A stretch of DNA of 51,915 bases from Verrucomicrobiota bacterium (GTDB lineage Bacteria > Verrucomicrobiota > Verrucomicrobiia > Verrucomicrobiales > Verrucomicrobiaceae). The stretch covers positions 1 through 51,915 of the forward strand of contig JANNQW010000167.1 of assembly GCA_031400955.1 (NCBI GenBank), written 5' to 3'. This document shows positions 38,201 through 47,005 of the stretch, piece after piece; positions within the stretch are counted from its first letter, which is position 1; every line of letters begins with the position of its first letter. The translations under genes and the position numbers were made by a program. Under the pieces are notes generated by a model, which was given only the letters and a program-made list of their open reading frames with translations, ran no database searches and had not been told where the DNA came from.

Positions 38201-41200
38201 TTAGGATCGGTCACCTGAACGCCCGCCGTGAAGATGGTGGCGAATTGATTGAGCAGTTGCACGTCGCCAGCGGTGGCGATGTCGATGTCCCCGGTTCCGG
38301 TGCGGATGGCTTGATACTTGTAGGTGGTGGCTGTTGGCAGACCGATGGCCGCGCTGGTCAAAGCGTTGGCCGCACCGGTCGCCGTGTTCGCCCCTCCGTT
38401 CTTGCCCAGCCTGAGCGAACCCGGCCTGTTCTCCGGAAGCGCGGCGAGTTCAGCCGTCGTCAACGATCTCACGCGATGGAAGTCCACCGCTGTGGGATCG
38501 AATCCTGCTGCGAACCGGTAGCTCCAGGACTGGGCATTGAGCGGCACCAGCGTATTGTTCGCCAGAAGGCCGGAGGTGTAAATCGAAGTCGTGAAGCCGT
38601 CGCTGATGGTGTTGAACAGGTTCAGATTCCCCGATGCCCGAAGTGTCAGCACGCCGGGAACAAACCTGTCGCCGAAGCGGAAACGCTGGCCTGCCGTGGT
38701 GTTGCCCAGATTCCAGTCGCTGGTGGAGTTGCTGGTCGTTGTTCCCAAGGTTAAGTCGCCGAGGCGGTTGATGATCTCCGCGCCGGGAACGATGACGAGA
38801 GAAGAAGACAAACCGGCGTTGCCACCCAGAATGCGGTTGAACATGGTGTTGTAGCCGGCCGCCGGCGTCCCGGCGACACCGATCAACTGGTTGCCGTTGG
38901 TGCGGACGTTGTTCTGCACGGTCGTGGTGATCGTGGCTCCGGCGGCGTTGGAAATGTCGAAGAGCCAGTAGCCCTCGACCGTGATGCTGGAGCCGCCGGT
39001 GATCGTGCTGTCCAGAGCGCTGACACGGATGTCGGTGCTGTTGGTGAACAAGGTGCCGTTCTGCGGAGCGCGGAGATGCAGCGTGCCCGAGAGCTGACCC
39101 AGGGCCACATTACCGGGAGTGGTCACGGAAAGGTCGATGCTCGAGGCCGGCAGGAGGCCGGCTGCGCCAAGCAGGTTGACGAAACCCGTGGGGTCAATGA
39201 CCCCGTTGCGCTGCGAGCCGGCCTCGAGGAAGACGGCGCCGCCCTTGCCCGCATTACTAAAATTCTGGCCCTTTACAGTCAGGACCGAACCGGCATTCAG
39301 AGTCACGCTGCCGAATGCTTTGAGGTCGATGGTGCCACCAGTGTCGCCCGTGGCGTCGATGGTGCCCGTGACGAGAATCGAACCGGCGTCCACAGACAAG
39401 TTGAAAATATGTGCCTTGGAGGTTCCGTCCACAGTCACCAGAGTATCCAGACGGTCACGTATGCTGCGGGATTGTTCGAAACCCACGATGGAGGAAGTGA
39501 GGCTGCTGATCAGTCCCTGATTGGGAACCGTGCCGGGCAGTCTTCCGACATCCAAGGAGAGGATGCCGCTGGTGCCGGCGTCGGCGACACCGAGCAACTG
39601 GCCGGCCACGCTTAGCAAGCTCGTCGGGGAGTTGATGTTGACCCGGCCTGCATCACCTCCTCCCGTGGCAGCGGAAACGTTCACCCTGGCACCCGCGAGG
39701 ATCGATACGGAGCCGGCATCCGCCGTGAGCGTGATTTCCCCGGCATCGGTATATTTTACGACATCGAAGAAAGTCTGCTGCGTTCCGCCCACATCCAGAT
39801 TGCCACCCACCGTGAGAGCGCCCGAGGTGGCTCGAACGTTCAGCAATCCGCTCGGAAGCAATACATCGGAATTCACCGTGACCGCAGTGCCTCGAATAGT
39901 GAGACTGCCACCCAGACCTCCCGCGACGCTTGCTGAACCGCCCGTGATCGAAAGAATGTTCACCGGACCTCCTTCCGCAATCAGCGACTGGGTTGCGGAA
40001 CGCGCTGTCGTCAGCAACGGGGCACGGATTGTCAGGGCCTGCGGCACGGTCAAGCCTCCAGCTCCGCTCGCCAGCACCCCGGAGGACGCGTTGATCTCGA
40101 CAGTGTTGAACTGGTCGATGCGGACAGGATTGGCACCGAGTTGAAAGGTTCCGGCATTGAATTGCAGGGTTCCATCGGGCGGCGAGGCGGCAGCCAGGAC
40201 GGGCACGTTGGCGGAGTTGTCGATGGTGATGCTGCTGGCGTTGAATTGCAGCATGGACCCAAGCTGGTTGAAACCGCGAATCGTGCTAGTGTGCAGCGCC
40301 AGACTCCCTTGGGCATCGAACGAGCCGGTGCCATACAAGTCGATGGAGGAGTAGCTCAACAAGGAAAGCGAATCGGCGGCGGCAAGATACCCCAATGCTC
40401 CGCCAGCCAGCACCAGACCCACAGTCGGCTGCAAGGCTCCCGGATTGGTGAATTGCATGCTGATCTGACCGCTGTTCAGATTGATGGCCCCAGCCTCAAG
40501 CACTGCGGTGGAAGCCAGGGTGGATGCATAGGTGGAGTCGAGGGTCAGGCTGGCTCCGCGCAATATTGCGCCAGCACCAACGACCAGATTCGGTTGGGTC
40601 GAGGATGCCACCGCCGTTCGCGAGGTTTGGGCGGCGGGATCCCCGCTCACCCGGACGAGCGCGCCGTCCCCGATCGTGATCGGGATGGCCCCGCCCGTGC
40701 CGCTGGCGAAGGTAATGGTGCCGCCACTATTGAGGGTCACCGAGCTCCCGGATGCGACAGTGGTGGAAACTCCCGCGGTGAGCGTGGAGGTGGCGCCGTT
40801 GGCCGCCGTGATGACCCCGCCCACGGTGGAGGTAATACGATCCGTGCCGGGCGTGCCGCTGGGGAAATTGATGGGTGTGCCACCCCGCTGGAAGGTGAGA
40901 CTCTGCCCCACGGTGGTCAGCTCCAAGGCCCCGGTGACCACCAGCGTATCCGCGGACACGATGGTGCCCGACTGCTCGATGACGGATCCTGGCGCGAGGG
41001 TGATGCCGCGGTTGGCGGCGAGAATGATCTCCGGTGCCGACAGGGCGGTGCCGGCGTTGTCCACTGTGATATTACCTGCGCGAACTGTCACCGCAGTGAA
41101 AGTGTCACCAAAGGTTCGCCTGCCGCCAATAAGCAGGCTCTCCGCCCCAAAACTGCTCAGCTTGCTAGAACTCAAGGCGACGACTCCTAGTCCGCCGCCT

Positions 41201-44200
41201 GTGCCGGATTCGTTGATGATAAAGTCCAGGGGCGCGCTAATATCAACGAGGCCTCCCCTGCCGCCAAAAGCACCCGAAGCCAGGACATCACCGTCTATCT
41301 GCATTGCCGTAGTGCTCTGGAAGAGGAGATACCCGCCGTCGAGCGGAAGGCGGGGCACCGTGGCACCCACCGCCTCGGCGCTGGCTCTTAAGAAAGTGTT
41401 GGCGGAAAAGGTTTCATACGTCGCCCGCTGCAGGAATGTGGCTGCCGGTGCCACCTCAAATCGGGAGAACAGCGGGGAGAGCCTGCGACCGCTGTTCAAG
41501 TCATTGAATTGGTAGCCCGCGACGTAGCTCGCGCCGTCGGGATTAGTAAAAGTGCCGGTGGGCGACCCGCTTTGAGGCGTGACTAGGAAAGCACCGGGCA
41601 TCAGGGCGTAACGCGCCGGCAAGAGTGTGTAAACCCCGGCCTTCAGCCCAGGACTGGCGTTCAAGAAAACGCGATCACCCACCGACAGGGAATCGTTCAC
41701 ATAACCGGGCTCGCCCGCCGCCAGGTTGTCGCTGTCCGCAGAGTCGTTAAAAGGCGCGAATGGGGCAAAGTTCGATTGATATTTCGGAAGAACGGCAAAC
41801 GCCGTAGACGACGCCAAGATGTCTGTGGAACCACCGTTCCCTTCGATAAAGCGATAGGCGAACAAGTCACCACCACCGCTGACGTCGAGGAGCGAGCCAG
41901 TCTCCATGACGAGGTTCTGGGCGGCGAGGTTGATGGCTTTGGATGTCACTCCCCCCGCAGTGATGTCAATTCCTGCGGGATCAATCCAGGAATTGCCGTC
42001 CGCGCTGAAGCCGAACGGGATGAGCAATTCCGCGCCGGTGAGGCCGTCCACTGCGGAGACGGAGGTGATGCTCCCCGAGAGGAGGCTGAGCTTTTCAGCG
42101 ACCGGAACCGGCTGACCGCTGATGGGGGCCGTGGGCGCAGTGCCGGTGCCGTCCCATCCGAGATTGATGCCGCCGATCGGCGCCCTGAGCACGCCGCCCT
42201 GAGTGATATTCGAAGCATAAATGCTCAGGACTCCCCCGGCGGAGAGCGGAGTGCCTTGCGCGCCCATGCTGCTAATGGTGACACTGCCTTTTTGAGCGCC
42301 AGCGCCATTCGTGTAATCGTAAGCGGTGATTGTGAAACGCGAAGCCGTCGTGGGATAAATCTGTCCAGCCTGCAAATACAAATCCCCGGCGATTTCCAGC
42401 GCGCCGTTCCCACGGATGTCACCGCTGGATCGAAGATCGGCGCGACCGATGCCCTGGAGCGAAAGGGTGCCTATGTCCAGCAGGCCGGCGTTGACATTAA
42501 GCACTCCGGTTCCGTAGGTCGGGGCGAAAAGATACTCGGAGGTCGCGCCTGCGGCATCGGTTTTGGTGAAGAGGATGCTTTCCTGGCTAGATTGCAGCGG
42601 CACTTGGAAGGGCATTCCCAGCCTGACATAAGGCGCAGTCAGGTTCACGATGGAATCGGCCTGGATGATGCCGCCGGATGCGATCTTGAGATACCCACGC
42701 GCGTCGAGGGAAACTGGTCCGGTGAACTTCACATTGCCGCCCAGCGTCAGGGAGTCGAAGCCTCCCTGCGTGAAGGTGCTGGCGGCGAAGTATCCCATGG
42801 CGGGAACCGCGGAGCCGCCAGAGAACAACACTGCCTGGCCGATGGCTGTCTCATCCGAGCCGAAAGGTACCGGAATGGTCAGTCCGCTTTGCCGCACCTC
42901 GAGATTGATGTCGGCGGAAGTTCTTGGGGTGCCTATCTGGTTGAATTTCCCCGACGAAACTGACAGGCTGCCTCCGACTGCGGTCGGCCCGCCGGCATGG
43001 CCTCGCAGGGTCGCATCAAGAAAAAGCAACTGGCCGCCTTTGAAGCTGATGTTTCCGCCGTCGCTGTCGTGATCAACCGGCAACGACAGCGACGCATAAA
43101 GCGCCGCCGTGAGTCCGCTGCTGGGCGGCACCATTGGGAGGCTGAGCGGACCGACGCCGAGAGCGTTGAGATTCAGATACGACGGATGAACATCCAGAAC
43201 ATCTGAAGTGCCGGATGCGTCGAGCACGGCGCCGGCGGCCGCGACGATGTTGCCGGACACGGAGATGTCACCTCCGGGCAGAACGTAACCGGTGCGCCTG
43301 CCAAACCTGTCCGGCAGCAGGATCGTGACTCCCTTGGTTGAAAGCAGGCTGCCCGGTGCCAGATACACCGTGGTAAATGCATTGGTCGGAAGCGGATCGG
43401 AGGTGGGATAGGAGTCGGCCCCCTTGACGGTGATGGCGCCTCCCGGTGCGATGACGGAACCGAACACCGCCACTGTGCCACCGGTGAGCGATACGGTGGC
43501 TAGGGGATCGGTCCTGATAAGTGCTCCCCGGCCTAGAACCAGATCGCCCTGCGAGAGCAGGATTGTCGAGTCCAAAGTATCCTTCAACGCGGGTGCGTTC
43601 AGGCTGATGCTGACAGGTGACCTGAGGCCCTCTGGCTTGAGCAGGGTGATAAGCGAGGGTGCGTCCGTTTCGAAGCCATAGAGGACCGCCAGATAATTTT
43701 CCGCGACCGGCTCGATTTTTGTTTCCGGAGCCACGTAAACGGAAGGGAGGATGTTGCCGTCCTCGTCGTTGAGGCCGCCCACGCCGGTCAGGGTATAGCT
43801 CGTGAAGCCTCCCTTCCGGAAGAATTCAGACTGCAGCAGAAGCGATTTTTCGTGCAAGGCGGAGCCGCCGATTTGGATCAGCGGCGCCTGCAATGTGAGC
43901 GCGCCTCCCGTCGCACCCGAGTAGCCCCGAAGGATGCCAGCTAGGGTGAGTGTTCCGCCAGAATCCGGTCCGCCTGCGGCATCCGTTCTGGCAATCACGG
44001 AGGCTAGGCCGGGATCCTGACCCGCCTTGATGACAATGCTTCCGCCATCACCATAGCTGCGACTGCCGGCGGTGCTGACAACCACCCCACCCGACACATC
44101 GACAACACTCCCGGCGGCAAGATTGACCGTAAAGGCATTAATGGACACATCCCCCCCGTGCGTGACTATCGGAAGACTCAATGGATCCGGCGCGCTCAGC

Positions 44201-46950
44201 CGGTCATCCACGACTAATCCTGCAGCGCTGATCCGGGCTCCTGACCCCAAGGTGACTCCGCCCCGGTCTTCATTGGGTGGCGGCGTAGGGAACAAACCCA
44301 CATTCGCTAGCAAGTTGGCCGTCACTTCCGGGGATATATTGTAGGAAAGGAGTGAGACCGTGCCGCCCGGAAACACGATGGAACCTTCAACCGTGATGTT
44401 CGAACCGGTGATGTCCAGCTTCCCTTGGGGCGGGCCTGCCAGCGTCACGCTCTTGGGCACCAGCACTTCCCCATCGGGGTTCTTCACAGTGAGGCTGGCA
44501 AAGCCACTGGTTGTGTAAAGTGAGGGCCGGAGAAAGACCCGGGCCAGCCTCTCCGGCGGCAGAGGAAGCGGATTCCCACTGCCGTCCAGACTGAAAGAAG
44601 GCACCGGCGGAAGGGAGGAGTCTTCCTGGAAAACTATCGACGGCGGTGTTGGCGAAACGTAGGGATAGGCGGGTGCTTCCCGTTGCACCAGCTGGCTCTG
44701 GAAGGTGAGAGTCAGGTCGCTTCCCTCCGGAAGATCGTCGCGCTGGCGAGGACCGGCGACGGTGTGACCCCAGAAGTCGCCATCCAACGCCATGCCAGCC
44801 GCTCCAATCGCCAGACTGCCGCCGTCTGCCCCGTGAACGTAGGGTTGCTCGTAATGCTCGCCGGACATCCAGGGGATCCGGAAGGTTCGGGAAATGCCCC
44901 AGCGCGGGTGGGATTCAGTGAACAAGCCGGTGAAAATTCCTTGGTAAAGCCGGTTCGGCGTGGCAGAGGCGATCTCTATCAGATGCCCCGCATACCAAAC
45001 CCGGGTGGTTGTGACGGTGCCGCCTCCATAGTTGACGAAGCCGCCGGAGACATCCACGACCGAACCGGGTTGAAGCACCACCGAGCCCCCGGCATTCAGG
45101 CTGACCGAGCCCCCGCCAACTGTCAGAAGTCCGACGCTGCGCTCGATGATGTTCAGATACCCCGACAGATCCGCTAAAGGCGTTCCATACCAGGTGCGGC
45201 CGTTGTAGACCCCTGTCTTGCGCAGGTCCACGGTGATGGTGGGATTGTTGCCATCTCCCGGCCGGAATATGCTAGTGCGCTGGAGCGGCGAGTCTTTCAC
45301 CTCCGCGCCCCGGAGTTCAACCGCTAGGATGTATTGGGATAGCGGAGCCGCGACATCGGTCGAGCCGGCGACGTTGATCATCGAATTTTGATCGAGGAAA
45401 ATCTGGCCGCCGGAATGAACGAAGGTGTTCGATGCGCTGGACGAGCCGCTGATGACAAAATCCCAGACACCCGCCCGGACGTCCACGACCGCATTGGGAG
45501 CGAGGATTGACGATCCCGGGGCCATGTGAACCACCCGGCCCGTGACATTCACCTGGGACCTGAGTGCGAGGGCCGTTCCAATCCGTGTTTCAGTGCTGTC
45601 GTATTCCGGCAGAATGCGCGTCACACTACCGGGACCGAACTCCACCAACCCCGTCGAGCGGTGCAGGAACGGGGCGACATTGGGACGCTGCACCGCATCG
45701 TAAGCGGTGTTGCTCAGTGCGTCGTAGCTTGCGGACAGGTCAATGCGTCCATTGACGGAAACGGAGGTGGTGCTGTTGATCGCGGCGAGCTGATTGACAG
45801 TCTTGCCAGTCATGATGACGCTGGCCCTGGGCGCGTCGATCAGGCCGGTATTGGTGACGGTGCCGGCGTATTCCGGTAAAAGGGAAGCCGGATCAAGCAC
45901 GGCGCCAACGAAAGCATCTAGGCCGCGGAGCGATGGGTCAGTGGAGCGATGGGCGTCGAAACCAACCTGGAGGCCGGCGGCCAGGATGGTCTGGCCATCC
46001 GGCGTGGAAATGGTGCCGGCGTTGATGACATTGGCACCGGCAAGAACAATGCGGCCGCCGACGCTCGCCTCCGAGGTCGGGGCCGTGAGCTGGGCACCCG
46101 CCCGCACAACGACATCACCGATCTTGCCGCTGGCCGGAAGCGCGGGCGGAGTGAAGGCGGGCGTTGGACCCTTGGAACCAGCCGGGATGGCCAGTGCACT
46201 GAAGAGGAACTGCGCGTCGGGATTGTTGAGCAGACCTCGGGTGATCAGGTTCTCGTTCAGCGGCAGGGACGAGGCCACCAGCGTGTGGGTGTTGACCTGG
46301 CTGCTGCCCCCGAAGATGATGCCGTTTTGGTTGATGACATAGACTTGGCCGGCCGCAGTGATGGAACCGAGAATTTGCGAAGGCAGTCCGCTGGGATCCT
46401 CGACCTTGTTGAAGGCGATCCATTTACCAACATCCGCTCCACCCGCGCTCTGGTCGAAGTCGAGCGTCGTGTTGCGCCCGATGTTGAATGTTCTCCACCT
46501 AAGCAAGGCCTCCTGTGTCGTCTGTTTCACCTTCACGGTGTTGCCCGACTGGACCGGGGCGGCGGCTCCGGTGGCGCTGATGAAATGCAGACCGCCGGTG
46601 GCGAGGCCGTCGGGCACGTTCGGCAGCGGCTGGCCCGGCGTGCCCAGGTTGCTGGCACCGGCGGCGATGGCCCGCGCTGCCGCCTGGGCGTTCTGGACGG
46701 CGTTCATTGCCTGCGCCGTGCGCGCGAGGGCGTCACGCGCGTTAATGCGTGCGCGATCCGAATCCGCAGCCGTCGTGCCGAAAGATGCGCGAGGGCGTGC
46801 CGTATTGGCGGGCGCACCTCCTCGCAGAATGTCTCCGCTCCGGCCCGCCACAGGCATGAAGCAGAACATCGCGGCAGCCAGAATCGTCGTCGCCCGGTGG
46901 TGGCGCAGTAAACCCAAAACTGGCTGCGGGCGGGAATTCAGATGCGGCAT
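35236..46950 (-). CDS. Giant TpsA exoprotein (filamentous-haemagglutinin family, ~3,904 aa)
   Basis: Signal peptide, then a TPS/haemagg_act domain (QEALLRWRTFNIGRNTTLDFDQ…PSQILGSITAAGQVYVINQNGIIFGG at ~46240-46530), then ~3,500 aa of G/S/T/A/V/N-rich beta-helix-like sequence. The start was moved to the ATG at 46950 (MPHLNSRPQ…), because the 47274 start overlaps the upstream gene. Confidence 0.9.
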   Translation of the reverse strand: MPHLNSRPQPVLGLLRHHRATTILAAAMFCFMPVAGRSGDILRGGAPANTARPRASFGTTAADSDRARINARDALARTAQAMNAVQNAQAAARAIAAGASNLGTPGQPLPNVPDGLATGGLHFISATGAAAPVQSGNTVKVKQTTQEALLRWRTFNIGRNTTLDFDQSAGGADVGKWIAFNKVEDPSGLPSQILGSITAAGQVYVINQNGIIFGGSSQVNTHTLVASSLPLNENLITRGLLNNPDAQFLFSALAIPAGSKGPTPAFTPPALPASGKIGDVVVRAGAQLTAPTSEASVGGRIVLAGANVINAGTISTPDGQTILAAGLQVGFDAHRSTDPSLRGLDAFVGAVLDPASLLPEYAGTVTNTGLIDAPRASVIMTGKTVNQLAAINSTTSVSVNGRIDLSASYDALSNTAYDAVQRPNVAPFLHRSTGLVEFGPGSVTRILPEYDSTETRIGTALALRSQVNVTGRVVHMAPGSSILAPNAVVDVRAGVWDFVISGSSSASNTFVHSGGQIFLDQNSMINVAGSTDVAAPLSQYILAVELRGAEVKDSPLQRTSIFRPGDGNNPTITVDLRKTGVYNGRTWYGTPLADLSGYLNIIERSVGLLTVGGGSVSLNAGGSVVLQPGSVVDVSGGFVNYGGGTVTTTRVWYAGHLIEIASATPNRLYQGIFTGLFTESHPRWGISRTFRIPWMSGEHYEQPYVHGADGGSLAIGAAGMALDGDFWGHTVAGPRQRDDLPEGSDLTLTFQSQLVQREAPAYPYVSPTPPSIVFQEDSSLPPVPSFSLDGSGNPLPLPPERLARVFLRPSLYTTSGFASLTVKNPDGEVLVPKSVTLAGPPQGKLDITGSNITVEGSIVFPGGTVSLLSYNISPEVTANLLANVGLFPTPPPNEDRGGVTLGSGARISAAGLVVDDRLSAPDPLSLPIVTHGGDVSINAFTVNLAAGSVVDVSGGVVVSTAGSRSYGDGGSIVIKAGQDPGLASVIARTDAAGGPDSGGTLTLAGILRGYSGATGGALTLQAPLIQIGGSALHEKSLLLQSEFFRKGGFTSYTLTGVGGLNDEDGNILPSVYVAPETKIEPVAENYLAVLYGFETDAPSLITLLKPEGLRSPVSISLNAPALKDTLDSTILLSQGDLVLGRGALIRTDPLATVSLTGGTVAVFGSVIAPGGAITVKGADSYPTSDPLPTNAFTTVYLAPGSLLSTKGVTILLPDRFGRRTGYVLPGGDISVSGNIVAAAGAVLDASGTSDVLDVHPSYLNLNALGVGPLSLPMVPPSSGLTAALYASLSLPVDHDSDGGNISFKGGQLLFLDATLRGHAGGPTAVGGSLSVSSGKFNQIGTPRTSADINLEVRQSGLTIPVPFGSDETAIGQAVLFSGGSAVPAMGYFAASTFTQGGFDSLTLGGNVKFTGPVSLDARGYLKIASGGIIQADSIVNLTAPYVRLGMPFQVPLQSSQESILFTKTDAAGATSEYLFAPTYGTGVLNVNAGLLDIGTLSLQGIGRADLRSSGDIRGNGALEIAGDLYLQAGQIYPTTASRFTITAYDYTNGAGAQKGSVTISSMGAQGTPLSAGGVLSIYASNITQGGVLRAPIGGINLGWDGTGTAPTAPISGQPVPVAEKLSLLSGSITSVSAVDGLTGAELLIPFGFSADGNSWIDPAGIDITAGGVTSKAINLAAQNLVMETGSLLDVSGGGDLFAYRFIEGNGGSTDILASSTAFAVLPKYQSNFAPFAPFNDSADSDNLAAGEPGYVNDSLSVGDRVFLNASPGLKAGVYTLLPARYALMPGAFLVTPQSGSPTGTFTNPDGASYVAGYQFNDLNSGRRLSPLFSRFEVAPAATFLQRATYETFSANTFLRASAEAVGATVPRLPLDGGYLLFQSTTAMQIDGDVLASGAFGGRGGLVDISAPLDFIINESGTGGGLGVVALSSSKLSSFGAESLLIGGRRTFGDTFTAVTVRAGNITVDNAGTALSAPEIILAANRGITLAPGSVIEQSGTIVSADTLVVTGALELTTVGQSLTFQRGGTPINFPSGTPGTDRITSTVGGVITAANGATSTLTAGVSTTVASGSSVTLNSGGTITFASGTGGAIPITIGDGALVRVSGDPAAQTSRTAVASSTQPNLVVGAGAILRGASLTLDSTYASTLASTAVLEAGAINLNSGQISMQFTNPGALQPTVGLVLAGGALGYLAAADSLSLLSYSSIDLYGTGSFDAQGSLALHTSTIRGFNQLGSMLQFNASSITIDNSANVPVLAAASPPDGTLQFNAGTFQLGANPVRIDQFNTVEINASSGVLASGAGGLTVPQALTIRAPLLTTARSATQSLIAEGGPVNILSITGGSASVAGGLGGSLTIRGTAVTVNSDVLLPSGLLNVRATSGALTVGGNLDVGGTQQTFFDVVKYTDAGEITLTADAGSVSILAGARVNVSAATGGGDAGRVNINSPTSLLSVAGQLLGVADAGTSGILSLDVGRLPGTVPNQGLISSLTSSIVGFEQSRSIRDRLDTLVTVDGTSKAHIFNLSVDAGSILVTGTIDATGDTGGTIDLKAFGSVTLNAGSVLTVKGQNFSNAGKGGAVFLEAGSQRNGVIDPTGFVNLLGAAGLLPASSIDLSVTTPGNVALGQLSGTLHLRAPQNGTLFTNSTDIRVSALDSTITGGSSITVEGYWLFDISNAAGATITTTVQNNVRTNGNQLIGVAGTPAAGYNTMFNRILGGNAGLSSSLVIVPGAEIINRLGDLTLGTTTSNSTSDWNLGNTTAGQRFRFGDRFVPGVLTLRASGNLNLFNTISDGFTTSIYTSGLLANNTLVPLNAQSWSYRFAAGFDPTAVDFHRVRSLTTAELAALPENRPGSLRLGKNGGANTATGAANALTSAAIGLPTATTYKYQAIRTGTGDIDIATAGDVQLLNQFATIFTAGVQVTDPNMGGTFDTPVPNMNGTFTGTLGAVQQNPPSAVQYTLAGGNVTLNAGADVAHYTRNVTTATGGSLIADSSREMPVNWLYRRGAVDSTTGLFAPSKYQFIGDVPSDIASTTWWVDFTNFFEGVGALGGGDVTVVAGRDVSNVDAVVPTNARMPGKTVGGAAIAPNAASLVELGGGDLVVQAGRNIDGGVYYVERGSGTLFAGGAITTNRTRSPSRGIIFSLTNPEIFAPETWLPTTLFVGKSNFSVGARGDVLLGPVANPFLLPQGYNNSYWYKTYFSTYSPSSAVEITSLGGDIDLRKAVTLPSTARSASSPVLFEWFRRELLLVTSGEVSASNSQPWLRLSETNVTPFRTVMDLMAPTLKATAFSGDINTVGNFQLFPSPTGTLELSAAGAIGGLQPTGTVTISGVSTRLWSASTFNLSDTDPAAIYSISQPFGYQNLFATPSAGGMRTTQNTFLNTFNDRFVETGATTGAAAVVQFKQTRHAPGVLHTGDSNPVRLYALGGDVSTLTLYSGKRAQVFAGNDIADIALYIQNTSEADISIVAAGRDIIVYNPSTPARIQSTSTGNLLNALQPAALAGDIQISGPGTLEVLAGRDLSLGAAASVGDGTGAGITSIGNARNPYLPFEGASLIVGAGMGKSFGLANSTLDFDTFIDQILSGPDGARYFTEYATTATGIGSTVTSVAELELLPLEQRNAIALELFYLALRDAGRDSATAGGYAAGFAAIEALFPESSQGDITTFSRDIRTKNGGSINILTPGGGLSLGASIVGNPDPPPGIVTEYGGGINIFTNDSVDVGVSRIFTLRGGNLVIWSSAGDIAAGASAKTVASAPPTRVLIDPQSADIATDLAGLSTGGGIGVLATVKNVPPGDVDLIAPVGVVDAGDAGIRATGNLTIAATAVLNASNIAVGGSSVGTPTAPVVSAPNIGGLTAAGNAAGASTSAAADAMKQSTPATAQTPVETPSIITVEVLGYGGSDDDDEEERRRRKKL

Positions 46951-47005
46951 GGATTGGCAAAAATGGCAGCGATATGTTTGCTTTCTCAGAGGGCAGGCGG
47001 CGTCT

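Noticed and set aside
35236-46950. Contact-dependent inhibition (CdiA-CT/CdiI) or ShlA-type haemolysin interpretation of the TPS system
   Set aside because: I saw no VENN or similar pretoxin demarcation. There is no variable toxin-like C-terminus and no small immunity ORF downstream (the next gene is a 553-aa FGE-domain protein). The size and C-terminal module fit adhesin or PdtA-like proteins better. This is not excluded without profile searches.
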